A stretch of DNA of 64,000 nucleotides from an uncultured Gemmatimonadaceae bacterium (GTDB lineage Bacteria > Gemmatimonadota > Gemmatimonadetes > Gemmatimonadales > Gemmatimonadaceae). Position numbers and translations under genes: made by a program. Below are positions 55,021 to 64,000 of the stretch, piece after piece. The stretch lies in assembly GCA_963781585.1 (NCBI GenBank), contig CAWAGQ010000010.1:192001-256000 (forward strand), written 5' to 3'. The notes under the pieces were generated by a model. That model had not been told where the DNA came from and did no database searches. It saw only the letters and a program-made list of their open reading frames with translations. Positions within the stretch are counted from its first letter, which is position 1. Each line of letters opens with the position of its first letter.

Positions 55021-56904
55021 TCAGCGCCCTACGAAATGCAGCAGGATCGTCGCATCAGCCGAGATTCGGGCGTGCGTGCTGTCCCCGGTGGCGTTGAGGC
55101 TGGCGACGACGATCCGGATGCGCAGTCCGTTCCCTTCGGCATCCAGGACCAGCGGTTGTTGGGTCGCCTGCCGGGAAGATCCGCGGCTCGCGGAGTCCGA
55201 CGACGGTCCCGAGACCCCTCGTGCCGGCGCCGCTGCGGGCGTCACGCGCAGGCGGTCCGGACTCTGGATGGCGCGCGCCTGCTCGACCAGAGGCCAGAGC
55301 GGGATTTCCAGCAGGCGCTCCTTCCCCCGACTGATGATCGTCCGCTGGGGCAGCGAGTCCGGCGCGAACGTCAGCGTGTCGGTGCCTAACGTGATCGTGA
55401 AAGTCGAGGCAAGGTTGCCGCGGGTCACCCATTCGTAGCCCTCGACGGCGATGCCGAGGGGCGACTGGGCGTTGAAGTTCGTCACGCGGGCCGTCTCGCG
55501 ACTCTCCCACTGCGCCACGTACGACACGCCCAATCGCTGCAGCACCCCCCGCGCGGCCGCATCGTCCGTCCCCGTCGCGCCGGGCTCACCCTGGGCGCCA
55601 GGCGGATGGGCCGCCAGTGCCGAGAGGGTGTCCGAGATCGACCGCAGCGACGTGGGACCGTGCATCTGCACGAGATAGCGCACCACGCTGCTCATCTCGC
55701 GGCGCTGGTCGAACGGAATGGGGCCCGATGCTGCCTCCAGGCGCGGGCTCACCTGAATCGCGTTGGCGGCGAGCATCTGACGAAAGCGTCCAAGCTGGCT
55801 GCGGAGCGAAACGGCGTAGGCCGACCACGGTCCGGCGAAGGTGACCAGCGCCAGCGCGCCTAACGTTGTCGGAATGAGGCGGATGTTGCGCGACGCGGTG
55901 ATCGCGTAGTAGAGGGCGATGGCGCCGAGCCAGAGCGCCAGCACCGCGAGGAAGTAGCGGCGCTCGGTCACGCCGTACTGGTCGATGCGCAACCAGATCG
56001 CCATCAGCAGCATGCCGACGGCGGGGAGGAGCGCGACCCAGAACCACCGGCTGTACCCGTCCACCCAGCGACTGTCCGCCCGTTCACGGACCGGGTGGAT
56101 GAGCAGCAGCGCCAGGGTGCCGGCGACCGCCACGCTCGAGACGAGATATCCGATCCATCCACTGGGCCAGGTGCGCGTGACAACGACCCGCAGCAGGTAC
56201 GCGGTCAGGATCAGCAGGTAGACCGTGACGACCGGGATCAGGATGAACTGGGCGAAGACCTTGAGCCCCGCCGGATAGTCGTCCCGCGCCTCCAGCGCGT
56301 TCAGTTCGCGCGGAACGCCGCCGAGAAAGAACCAGGGGTGGAACACGAGGGCAATGACGATCCAGAGCCGGCCGTACCATTCGCCATCGATCTTCACGCC
56401 GAACAGCTGATGAATCGCCGCGAGTGCGATGGCGAGGCCGGCAAACAGCACAGCCGCAAACAGCCCCGCCACGAGGTACCGCACGAAGAGCAGGCGGTTG
56501 TACTGCCAGAACGCGCGATCCAGCGTGCTGCCCATGAAGGGCAGGACAGCCACCGTGAGGTGCGCCAACACGACGAGATGCGCGAAGCGCGTGAACCGCA
56601 TCTGGTCGGTCCATGTTCCGCAGACGAACCACAGCGCGAGCAGGAGGAGGACCGCCGCTGCCTGCACTGCCGCGCGCGCTCCGCGGCTCCATACTGCCCG
56701 TTCCCCCCTCGTGACCACGGCGGTGAAGAGCGGCAGCCCGAGCAGCGCCGCGAGCAGCACGCGGACGGCGCCCCGGTCGTCCGAATGATCGACCAAATAG
56801 AGGGCCGCCGCCGCCGCGGTAATCGCGGACAGCAGGACCAGCGGGAAGCGTCCCGCCGTCTCCTTGGCCTGGCCGGCCAAATGCCGCAGTGAGACGAAAC
56901 GCAA
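55021..56904 (-). CDS. DUF4153 family membrane protein
   Basis: RFPLVL, FWQYNR, ILIPVVTVYLLILTAY, WPSGWI, RIDQYGVTERRY, GPWSA..VS..SQ; start uncertain (TTG 56904 chosen). Confidence 0.85.
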   Translation of the reverse strand: MRFVSLRHLAGQAKETAGRFPLVLLSAITAAAAALYLVDHSDDRGAVRVLLAALLGLPLFTAVVTRGERAVWSRGARAAVQAAAVLLLLALWFVCGTWTDQMRFTRFAHLVVLAHLTVAVLPFMGSTLDRAFWQYNRLLFVRYLVAGLFAAVLFAGLAIALAAIHQLFGVKIDGEWYGRLWIVIALVFHPWFFLGGVPRELNALEARDDYPAGLKVFAQFILIPVVTVYLLILTAYLLRVVVTRTWPSGWIGYLVSSVAVAGTLALLLIHPVRERADSRWVDGYSRWFWVALLPAVGMLLMAIWLRIDQYGVTERRYFLAVLALWLGAIALYYAITASRNIRLIPTTLGALALVTFAGPWSAYAVSLRSQLGRFRQMLAANAIQVSPRLEAASGPIPFDQRREMSSVVRYLVQMHGPTSLRSISDTLSALAAHPPGAQGEPGATGTDDAAARGVLQRLGVSYVAQWESRETARVTNFNAQSPLGIAVEGYEWVTRGNLASTFTITLGTDTLTFAPDSLPQRTIISRGKERLLEIPLWPLVEQARAIQSPDRLRVTPAAAPARGVSGPSSDSASRGSSRQATQQPLVLDAEGNGLRIRIVVASLNATGDSTHARISADATILLHFVGR

Positions 56905-57149
56905 CGGAGTGCCGGATGAAGAAGTGAGGGAGGTGACGACCAGGCGAATACGTGCGTCGTACGCGCCGGTACGTAACACCCGACGGCTGCGCTGCGGAAG
57001 GCTCCGAGCCCCCATCGCGACGATGCGCCCCTGGAGCCAATTGTCCAAACCCCTTCCCGCGTGAATCTTCCAAGCATCTGATCCGCTGTTTCCCCCGTGT
57101 GGCCGAGGGACGCTGCCGCACTCGGTTTCCCGTCGTCAGGAGTATCCGC

Positions 57150-58304
57150 ATGAGTGCTTCTACACGAAACCGTTCCTTCGTCCACGGGCGCCGTCTTTTC
57201 GCGCTGGCGCTTCTGATCGCGACGCGACCGCCCGGCGTCGCGGCCCAATCGGTTCAGCAGGATGCGCGCACCGCCTCGGCCTCCGCTCGACTCCCCGACC
57301 GACTCACGGATGCCGAATTCTGGTCGCTCGTCTCCGACATCTCCGAACCCGGAGGTTACTTCCGCAACAGCGACAACTTCACGTCGAACGAGCGGGAAAT
57401 CGGCCAGCTCTTCACCATGCTGCGGGTCCACCAGGTCCATGGCGGAGTGTACCTGGGCGTCGGGCCGGAGCAGAACTTCACCTATATCGCGGCGATCCGT
57501 CCCGCGATGGCGTTCATCGTCGATATCCGTCGTCAGGCGGTGATGCAGCACCTGATGTTCAAGGCGATCTTCGAGCTCGCGGACGACCGCGCGGATTTCA
57601 TCTCCCTGCTCTTCGCCAAACCGCGACCGGCCGGACTCGAGCCCAACACACCGGTTCAGAAGATCTGGGATGCGTACTGGAACGTGAGCTCGGACAGCGC
57701 GGCGGCATCGCGCAATTACGCCCGTATCGTGGAGCACCTGACGCGCACCCACGGCTTCACGATCACCAGCGAGGAATCGGCACAGCTCAAGTGGGTGTTC
57801 GACGCCTTCTACGGATACGGGCCGGCCATTTCCACGCGTGGCGCCCCGGGTGGTTTCGGTGGCGGCAACGGTACGACCTTCGCGGATCTCACCGGCTATT
57901 CGCTCGATGAAACCGGGCAGCCCCAGAGCTTCCTGTCGAGCGCCGAGAACTACACCTACGTGAAAGGCCTCCACGAGAAGAACCTGATCGTTCCCGTCTC
58001 GGGTGATTTCGGGGGGCCGAGGGCGATTCGCGCGATCGGGGCATGGCTGCACCAGCGGGGAGGCACGGTCAGCGCGTTCTACGTCTCGAACGTGGAGCAA
58101 TACCTCTTTGGCGATGCCAAGCAGTCCGCGTTCTACGCGAACGTGGCGACCTTGCCACTCACGCCGACCAGCATCTTCATCCGACCGTATTCAGTGCGGC
58201 GTGTGGGCCCGGTCCAGGCCCTGTGTGCGATCGCACCGTTCCTGGCCGCCGTCCACGCCGGCCACGTCTACAGCTACAACGAGGCGCTTGCCTGCGTGAA
58301 GTAG
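57150..58304 (+). CDS. Conserved secreted hypothetical protein
   Basis: AGGAG RBS; signal peptide; SEPGGYF..DNFTSNE, YLGVGPEQNFTYI, FIVDIRR, FYVSNVEQYL. Confidence 0.8.
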   Translation: MSASTRNRSFVHGRRLFALALLIATRPPGVAAQSVQQDARTASASARLPDRLTDAEFWSLVSDISEPGGYFRNSDNFTSNEREIGQLFTMLRVHQVHGGVYLGVGPEQNFTYIAAIRPAMAFIVDIRRQAVMQHLMFKAIFELADDRADFISLLFAKPRPAGLEPNTPVQKIWDAYWNVSSDSAAASRNYARIVEHLTRTHGFTITSEESAQLKWVFDAFYGYGPAISTRGAPGGFGGGNGTTFADLTGYSLDETGQPQSFLSSAENYTYVKGLHEKNLIVPVSGDFGGPRAIRAIGAWLHQRGGTVSAFYVSNVEQYLFGDAKQSAFYANVATLPLTPTSIFIRPYSVRRVGPVQALCAIAPFLAAVHAGHVYSYNEALACVK

Positions 58305-58317
58305 CGGGTCGGTCGCC

Positions 58318-60855
58318 TCACTCGGCGCGCAGCACTTCGACGGGGTTGACGCGCAGGGCGCGCCGCACCGGCAGCCAGCTCGCGAGCGCAAGAACGCCGA
58401 GCAGGACGAGCAGCGCCGCGACGAAGACGCGCAGATCGAGCGGGCTCGTGTCGTACAGCAGCGAGCGCAGCACGCGGGTGGCGGCGAACGCGCCGAGGAT
58501 CCCCGCCAGCAGGCCCGCGGCACCGAGCCGGATGGTCTGGGATGCGGACGCACGCATCACCTGCGCCTCGCTGGCGCCGAGGGCCACCCGCACACCCAGT
58601 TCGCGGGCGCGACTGGCGACGAAGTGTGCGGTCACGGCGTAGATCCCTGTTGCCGCCAGCAGGAGCGCGACGACCGCGAAGACGCCGAGCAGCATCGACT
58701 GGAAGCTCTGCTTCGCGAACGCGCCGCCCACGAGGTCGGTCATCGGCTGCACGTCGAGGAGTGCGAGATCGGGGTCGGCGCGTCGCACCGCCGCGGCCAC
58801 CGCGGGGACCGCCGCCATCGGATCGCCGGCGGTGCGCACCAGAACCGTGCGGCTCGCGTAGGTGAACTGCGCGTACGGGGTGAAGAAGCTCGGGAGCACC
58901 GGGGACTCGTCAGGCGCGTAGTAGGCCATGTCGGACACCACGCCCACGACCTCGGCGGCCGAGTCGACGCCGGCGTATGTGGCTGCAGCATCCCACCAGA
59001 TGCGTTTTCCGATCGGATCCTCGCCCGGCCAGAATCGGCGCGCGGCGGTCTGGTTGATCACCACCACGTGCGGCCGTCCCGCCCGATCCTGCGCGGTGAG
59101 CGTGCGCCCCTGCAACAGCCGAAGCCCCAATGTGCGGAAGTGGTCAGGTCCCACGTAATGACGGAGCACTTCCGGCGCCTCGGCGGTCGGGGGATTCGGG
59201 CGCCCGACGAGGAAGGCCTGGGCGCTGGCGCATCGTCCCGCGAGAGGCGCGCACCCGTCCACGGATGCGGCGACCACGCCGGGCACGCGCTCGATCTCGT
59301 GGAGCACGCGGTCGATGAGTCCGGCCGCCGCCGCTCCATTGTACTTCACCTCCGAAGGACGGATGGCGAAGGTCAGCAGGTGATCGGGCTCGAAGCCGAG
59401 GGTGGTGTCGCGCAGACGGGAGTAGCTGGCGAGCAGGAGTCCGCCGCCCACCAGCAGCACCACGGCGAGCGCCACCTGAAGCGAGACGACCATCTCGCGC
59501 AGCCCCAGGCGCCGTCCGAACGGACCGGACCACTGCGGCCGTCCGGACTTCAGGTCGGTGACGAGATCGACGCGCGTAGCGCGCAGGGCCGGAACGAGCG
59601 CGAAGAGGAGCACGGTCGCCATTCCGAGCCCGACCACGAACAGCAGCAGCCGGGCGTCGAGCCCGGGCGTGGAGAATTCGCCGATCGCGCCATAGAAGTT
59701 GCGTGGCCGTGCCATGGCGGCCGGCACGCGCACCAGTTCCATCGACCAGGTGCTGACGAGGATCGCCGCGATCGCCGAGAACCCGCCCAGAATGGCGCCC
59801 TCGCCGAGCAGCTGCCGGATCAGGCGTCCCCGCGTCGCTCCCACCGCCAGCCGGATCGCGATCTCGCGCCGGCGGCCGGTGGCGCGGCCCAGCAGCAGGC
59901 TGGCAACGTTGGCGCAGGCGATCAGCAGCAGGACGCTGACGGCGCCGAGCAGCAGGCCGAGGGCGCGACGCATCACCGGATTCACCCGCGCGTCGTTGAG
60001 GTACGAGGCGGTCGCCGAGTATTCGTCGTTAGGCGTCTCCAGCTCGCTGGGCGCCGCCTGCTGGATGCGGGAGCCGAGCACGGCGAGCTCGCGGCGCGCC
60101 TGGTCCAGGGCGACCCCGTCGCGCAACCGGCCAATCACGCTGATGAAGTTCTGATTGGTGGTGAAGTACTCGGCGTACGACGCGCGCGGTGCGGTGGAGG
60201 CGGAGGCCCAGATCTGCGCGTGGCCCGATATGCCGGAGAAGTCGCGGGACGCGATGCCCACGACGGTCACCGGAACGCCGTTGAGGTGGATCGCGTGACC
60301 GATCACCCCGGCGTCGCCCCCAAACCGGCGCTGCCAGAGTCCGTACCCGAGCACCACGGAAGGCGGCTGCGCGATCTCCGATTCCGTGGCCACGCCGGAC
60401 GGCGGTCGGTCCGGCTCCGGCAAGCTCGACGCGGTGCGTGTAAATCCCGCTCCGGCTGCCAGTCCGACACGAAGCACATCGAAGTAGTCACCAGACACGA
60501 GCTCCGTCTGCAGGGGCTCCGGATCCTGAACGTCGGTGAGCGTCAGCACCGCCACGCTGAACGACGCGATCGATGCGAACGACCGCTGAGCCTGGCGCAG
60601 GAGCTCGAATCTCGGCCACGACCAGCGCTCCGGACGGGGCGTCGTGGTCGGCGTGCTGCGGACGATCGTCAGAATCGCCAGTCGATTCGCCTGAGGAAAC
60701 GGTGGCTGCCGCAGGAGGGCGCCATCGATCAGGCCGAAGACCGTGGTGGTCGCCGCGATCCCGAGGGTCAGCGAGAGGATCGCGGCGCCCGTCAGGAGCG
60801 GAGCGCGGAGCAGGCTGCGGACCGCCTGGCGAATCTGCTGGGGAAGGGCCGACAT
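58318..60855 (-). CDS. ADOP-family duplicated ABC permease
   Basis: AVRSLLRAP, LTLGIAATT, IACANVASLLL, REIAIRLAVGA, RELGVRVALGA, PVRRALRVNPVEVLRAE. Confidence 0.92.
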   Translation of the reverse strand: MSALPQQIRQAVRSLLRAPLLTGAAILSLTLGIAATTTVFGLIDGALLRQPPFPQANRLAILTIVRSTPTTTPRPERWSWPRFELLRQAQRSFASIASFSVAVLTLTDVQDPEPLQTELVSGDYFDVLRVGLAAGAGFTRTASSLPEPDRPPSGVATESEIAQPPSVVLGYGLWQRRFGGDAGVIGHAIHLNGVPVTVVGIASRDFSGISGHAQIWASASTAPRASYAEYFTTNQNFISVIGRLRDGVALDQARRELAVLGSRIQQAAPSELETPNDEYSATASYLNDARVNPVMRRALGLLLGAVSVLLLIACANVASLLLGRATGRRREIAIRLAVGATRGRLIRQLLGEGAILGGFSAIAAILVSTWSMELVRVPAAMARPRNFYGAIGEFSTPGLDARLLLFVVGLGMATVLLFALVPALRATRVDLVTDLKSGRPQWSGPFGRRLGLREMVVSLQVALAVVLLVGGGLLLASYSRLRDTTLGFEPDHLLTFAIRPSEVKYNGAAAAGLIDRVLHEIERVPGVVAASVDGCAPLAGRCASAQAFLVGRPNPPTAEAPEVLRHYVGPDHFRTLGLRLLQGRTLTAQDRAGRPHVVVINQTAARRFWPGEDPIGKRIWWDAAATYAGVDSAAEVVGVVSDMAYYAPDESPVLPSFFTPYAQFTYASRTVLVRTAGDPMAAVPAVAAAVRRADPDLALLDVQPMTDLVGGAFAKQSFQSMLLGVFAVVALLLAATGIYAVTAHFVASRARELGVRVALGASEAQVMRASASQTIRLGAAGLLAGILGAFAATRVLRSLLYDTSPLDLRVFVAALLVLLGVLALASWLPVRRALRVNPVEVLRAE

Positions 60856-61060
60856 TGGGACGTGAGAGTAATGAAGGGGTGATGACGTCACGAGACGGCG
60901 TGCCCTGCTGCTGTGCTATTGGCGTGCCGGTCCCGTTGAGCGCCGGAACTGTTGGACGGTGAGGGAGTTACCAGTGTCGGACTTCGGGCGCCCCTGCCTG
61001 GGGGCGTTCGCGGCCGGGACTATGTGTTCGGAAGCGGACATGTGATCATCCGAGGGGGTC

Positions 61061-61939
61061 ATGACCGCGAGGGACGGAGCGGAGGATGAGGGCACGCCGT
61101 ACGGTCCGGAAACGTCGCTCAACGCGCGTCCGGTCCCCGCGACCGGCGAGATGCTCCCGGTGATGGGACTCGGCACCTGGAAAGTCTTCGATGTTTCAGG
61201 GTCCCGGGCGTCGCGGGCGCCGCTCGAGGAGGTGCTGCGCGATTTCGCGGCGTTAGGCGGGCGCCTGGTGGACACCTCTCCCATGTACGGCCGGTCGGAA
61301 GAGGTGATCGGGGACATCGCCGCGACCCTGCAGCTTCGCGATCGCCTCTTCCTTGCCACCAAGGTGTGGACCACCGGCACGAACGCCGGCGTGGCGCAGA
61401 TGCGCGAATCGTTCCGGAAGCTGCGCGCCAGCCAGATCGATCTGATGCAGGTCCACAACCTGGTGGACGTGCACCGTCATCTGGAGACGCTGCGGGCGTG
61501 GAAGCAGGAGGGGTTGGTGCGGTACGTCGGCATCACACACTACACGGCGTCAGCTCACGACGAGATGGCGCGTCTCGTGGCGTCGCACGCGCTCGACTTC
61601 ATACAGATCAACTACTCGGCGGTCGAGCGTGAGGCCGAGGGCCGGCTTCTGCCACTGGCCCGCGACCGGGGCGTGGCGGTGATCGCGAACCGGCCCCTGG
61701 CCAGCGGAGCGCTCCTGCGTCGCCTGCGGGAGCGGGCCCTGCCAGAATGGGCGGCGGAGATCGCGTGCCGCACCTGGGGGCAACTTCTGCTCAAGTTCGT
61801 CGTCGCCCACCCCGCCGTCACGTGCGCGATTCCCGCGACGTCGAATCCCGAGCACCTGCGCGAGAACATGGGTGCGGCCGTCGGCCTGCTTCCCGACGAA
61901 CCGCTGCGGGAACGGATCATTGCGGCGGTCACGCGATAG
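61061..61939 (+). CDS. Aldo/keto reductase
   Basis: MGLGTW, VDTSPMYG (Asp/Tyr), LATKVW (Lys), DLMQVHN (His), AIPATS. Confidence 0.93.
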   Translation: MTARDGAEDEGTPYGPETSLNARPVPATGEMLPVMGLGTWKVFDVSGSRASRAPLEEVLRDFAALGGRLVDTSPMYGRSEEVIGDIAATLQLRDRLFLATKVWTTGTNAGVAQMRESFRKLRASQIDLMQVHNLVDVHRHLETLRAWKQEGLVRYVGITHYTASAHDEMARLVASHALDFIQINYSAVEREAEGRLLPLARDRGVAVIANRPLASGALLRRLRERALPEWAAEIACRTWGQLLLKFVVAHPAVTCAIPATSNPEHLRENMGAAVGLLPDEPLRERIIAAVTR

Positions 61940-61952
61940 GTCCGATGCAGGC

Positions 61953-62348
61953 GTGGGCGCGTTTCCGCCGCGCGTGCTGCTGGTGATGCCGGATCAGTGG
62001 CGCCGGGCGCTGCTCCGTGCCGCGTTGCGAGAGTTCGGATTCGACGCGGTTGGAGCGCGGAGCGTCGTTACGGCGCTGCGCGTCAGCGCGGTCGAGGCCG
62101 GCCGTGGCCTCGTGGCCCTCGTCGTCGTGGATCAGGCCGCCGTGGAGGCTGCCGCGACGGGCCAGCTGCGGGCCCTGGTGCACAAGTTCGAATCCCCTCC
62201 CGTGGTGCTCCTGGCGCGCACGACGGTGGCGCCGCCGGAAGGGACGTGGGCGCGGGTCCTCAGGCGGCCCGTCAGCATCGCCGAGATCGTCTCCGCAGTA
62301 CAGACCCTCCTCCCCCTGAAGCCCGGCGCCCGCCGTCCGGTCGACTGA
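61953..62348 (+). CDS. Degenerate receiver (REC)-like single-domain protein
   Basis: RVLLV...LRAALREFGFDA...LVVVD...PVVLLA...VLRRPVSIAEIV follows the REC beta/alpha pattern; start uncertain. Confidence 0.55.
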   Translation: MGAFPPRVLLVMPDQWRRALLRAALREFGFDAVGARSVVTALRVSAVEAGRGLVALVVVDQAAVEAAATGQLRALVHKFESPPVVLLARTTVAPPEGTWARVLRRPVSIAEIVSAVQTLLPLKPGARRPVD

Positions 62349-62360
62349 ATTCCGACGGCG

Positions 62361-62387
62361 TGTCGATTCCGGGAAGCATCACTCGAC
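62361..62387 (+). promoter_or_regulatory. ECF42-type promoter (TGTCGA-N17-CGAC)
   Basis: Motif read directly upstream of doxX and the DGPF gene; matches the ECF42 consensus as recalled. Confidence 0.6.
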
Positions 62388-62468
62388 GTGTCTGCAGGAG
62401 CCGGGAAGAAGCCGACCACGATGGTCCGGTGACCCGCTCGACACTGCAACCCGAGAGGAGACACGACA

Positions 62469-62891
62469 ATGTCAGTCACCAGAAAGTCCAGCGCACTGCT
62501 GTGGTCCGTTCAGGGTCTGCTGGCCCTGGTGTTTCTCTTCGCCGGCGGGATGAAGCTCGTGCTTCCGCCAGAGATGCTGAAGGGCCCGATTGCACTGCCG
62601 GGGCTGTTTCTGCGATTCATCGGTGTCTGTGAGACGCTGGGCGCTGCTGGGCTCATCCTGCCAGGCGCGTTGCGGATCCATCGAGCCCTGACGCCGGTCG
62701 CGGCGGTCGGCCTCGTGACGATCATGGTTGGTGCAACCGTGCTCACGGCGGCGGGTATGGGTTTCGTTCCGGCGCTGATTCCCCTGGTGGTGGGACTCCT
62801 CGCGGCCTCGGTCGCTTACGGCCGCCGCGAATGGCTGCGGCTTGGGGTGTCGATCCCGCGCGTCGTCATTCGTCGCGTCAGCAGAGCCTGA
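62469..62891 (+). CDS. DoxX family membrane protein
   Basis: GAGGAG RBS; LWSVQGLLALVFLFAGGMKL, FIGVCE.LGA.GLILP, LTPVAAVGL..IMVGA. Confidence 0.9.
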   Translation: MSVTRKSSALLWSVQGLLALVFLFAGGMKLVLPPEMLKGPIALPGLFLRFIGVCETLGAAGLILPGALRIHRALTPVAAVGLVTIMVGATVLTAAGMGFVPALIPLVVGLLAASVAYGRREWLRLGVSIPRVVIRRVSRA

Positions 62892-62975
62892 GTATCCCTA
62901 CCCAGGTGGCACCGGGCGTCCGGAGCGCTGAGGCCGACCGGCCATCACTTCCAACCTTCAGACAGTGAGACGAAC

Positions 62976-63428
62976 ATGCGGTTCATGGCGATCGTGAAGG
63001 CGACCAGGGATTCCGAGTCGGGCACGCTGCCTGACGAGAAGCTCCTTGCCGAGATGGGGAAGTTCAACGAAGAGATGGCGAAGGCGGGTGTGCTACTCGC
63101 CGCCGAGGGCCTTCAGCCGAGTTCCAAGGGGGTTCGGGTGAGGTTCGCGGGATCGAAGCGGACCGTGATCGACGGGCCGTTCAGCGAGACCAAGGAACTG
63201 ATCGCGGGTTTCTGGATCATCCAGACGAAGTCGAAGCAGGAGGCGATCGACTGGATCAAGCGCTGCCCGAACCCGTTCCCCGGTCAGGAGTCTGACATCG
63301 AGATCCGCCAGGTCTTCGAAGCGGAGGACTTCGGCGCCGAGTTCACTCCGGAGCTGCGCGAGCAGGAAGAGCGCGTCGGCAGGAAGATGGCGGCGAACGC
63401 AACGGAGGGCGTCGGTACTCACTCCTGA
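62976..63428 (+). CDS. YciI/DGPF family protein
   Basis: GLQPSSKG, IDGPFSETKELIAGFWII, EIRQVFE. Confidence 0.93.
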   Translation: MRFMAIVKATRDSESGTLPDEKLLAEMGKFNEEMAKAGVLLAAEGLQPSSKGVRVRFAGSKRTVIDGPFSETKELIAGFWIIQTKSKQEAIDWIKRCPNPFPGQESDIEIRQVFEAEDFGAEFTPELREQEERVGRKMAANATEGVGTHS

Positions 63429-63438
63429 CGCAGTGATG

Positions 63439-63570
63439 CCATGGGACTCGCGCCACCGCGGCCAGCGGTCCCTGCCCGCGGCCCTGTGTCAGGCGGTGGT
63501 GGATGAACTCCACCATGGCATCACCGAACTCCTCGCGAACGTCGGCGGGATAGAGGAGCAGCAGGGCTCT
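63439..63570 (-). pseudogene. Remnant of an ADOP-type permease N-terminus
   Basis: Minus strand reads RALLLLYPADVREEFGDAMVEFIHHRL...W; no in-frame start after the upstream TGA; absent from the ORF track. Confidence 0.6.
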
Positions 63571-63768
63571 CGGTTTCCCGGCGAAACAACGGCGCGCCCG
63601 GGTTCCGGCCGCGGCTCAACGGCGCACCAGCACAGTGCCGACCTCGAGGACGGTGGGCAGCCCGAGTCGGCGTCACCCCCGGGGTCGAGCCCGCGTGGGA
63701 GGATTTCAATTGCTTGCCACACGGTGCCGAAGGCGACGAGTATTGTCTCACCCCAACAGGAGTGCGCA

Positions 63769-64000
63769 ATGAGACGGATCCTGATAGCGAGCGTTGCCCT
63801 GGCGGCGATGGCGTGCAGCAGCGACAAGTCGACAGGGACGGGGGACAACATTGCGGGGACGTATACCCTGACCAAGGCGGCGGGGAAGGCCCTGCCGTCG
63901 ACGGTCTTCGACGACGGGACCACGCAGCTCATCGTGCTGTCGGGAACCATCACGCTCACGGAGGCCAAGGGCTGGTCGGCGAACCTCAATGTGCGAACCG
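63769..64000 (+). CDS. Putative lipoprotein, 3'-truncated by the window edge
   Basis: AGGAG RBS; MRRILIASVALAAMA-C lipobox; AGTYTLTKAAGKALP; absent from the ORF track because it has no stop. Confidence 0.8.
   Translation, partial: MRRILIASVALAAMACSSDKSTGTGDNIAGTYTLTKAAGKALPSTVFDDGTTQLIVLSGTITLTEAKGWSANLNVRT

Noticed and set aside
63489..63989. 166-aa minus-strand ORF
   Set aside because: It is the shadow of the plus-strand lipoprotein at 63769, which has an RBS and lipobox.
28818..64000. Genomic island or prophage integrated at tRNA-Pro
   Set aside because: No integrase, phage or transposase genes, and no downstream copy of the tRNA 3' end was noticed in the window.

Overview
High-GC bacterial chromosomal segment. 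PadR plus ADOP-type duplicated permeases, GRGG-rich secreted proteins, small lipoproteins and VOC/SRPBCC/YciI genes suggest Gemmatimonadota or a similar soil lineage (inference). Contents in order: the 3' part of a surface-polysaccharide modification operon (deacetylase, FemAB-like, GNAT, GT2, AsnB, WecB; 1-8312); a LytS/LytTR pair whose kinase is internally duplicated; mgtA; osmC-arsR; a giant M48 protease; PadR/ADOP/amidase genes; csp; a LysM peptidase; a tRNA-Pro(GGG) locus; DUF2975/XRE, VOC and sulfatase genes; a Tat-exported Thr-rich protein coupled to a GT87-like transferase; a minus-strand nucleotide-sugar/flippase cluster (37316-44740); a BNR/VPS10-like protein; and stress and membrane genes. 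The most unusual signal is an exact 157-nt-period array at 28504-28891: two tRNA-Pro-derived units, each interrupted in the anticodon loop by a structured ~65-nt insert and lacking the T-loop and 3' acceptor strand, followed by the intact tRNA. Other highlights are five 11-bp-phased TGAC boxes before the Tat-protein/GT87 pair, the kinase-pseudokinase fusion, a frameshifted ADOP permease, an ADOP N-terminal remnant and several clear operator or promoter motifs. No CRISPR array, integrase, transposase or rRNA was seen. All family assignments come from motif recognition by eye, not from database searches.
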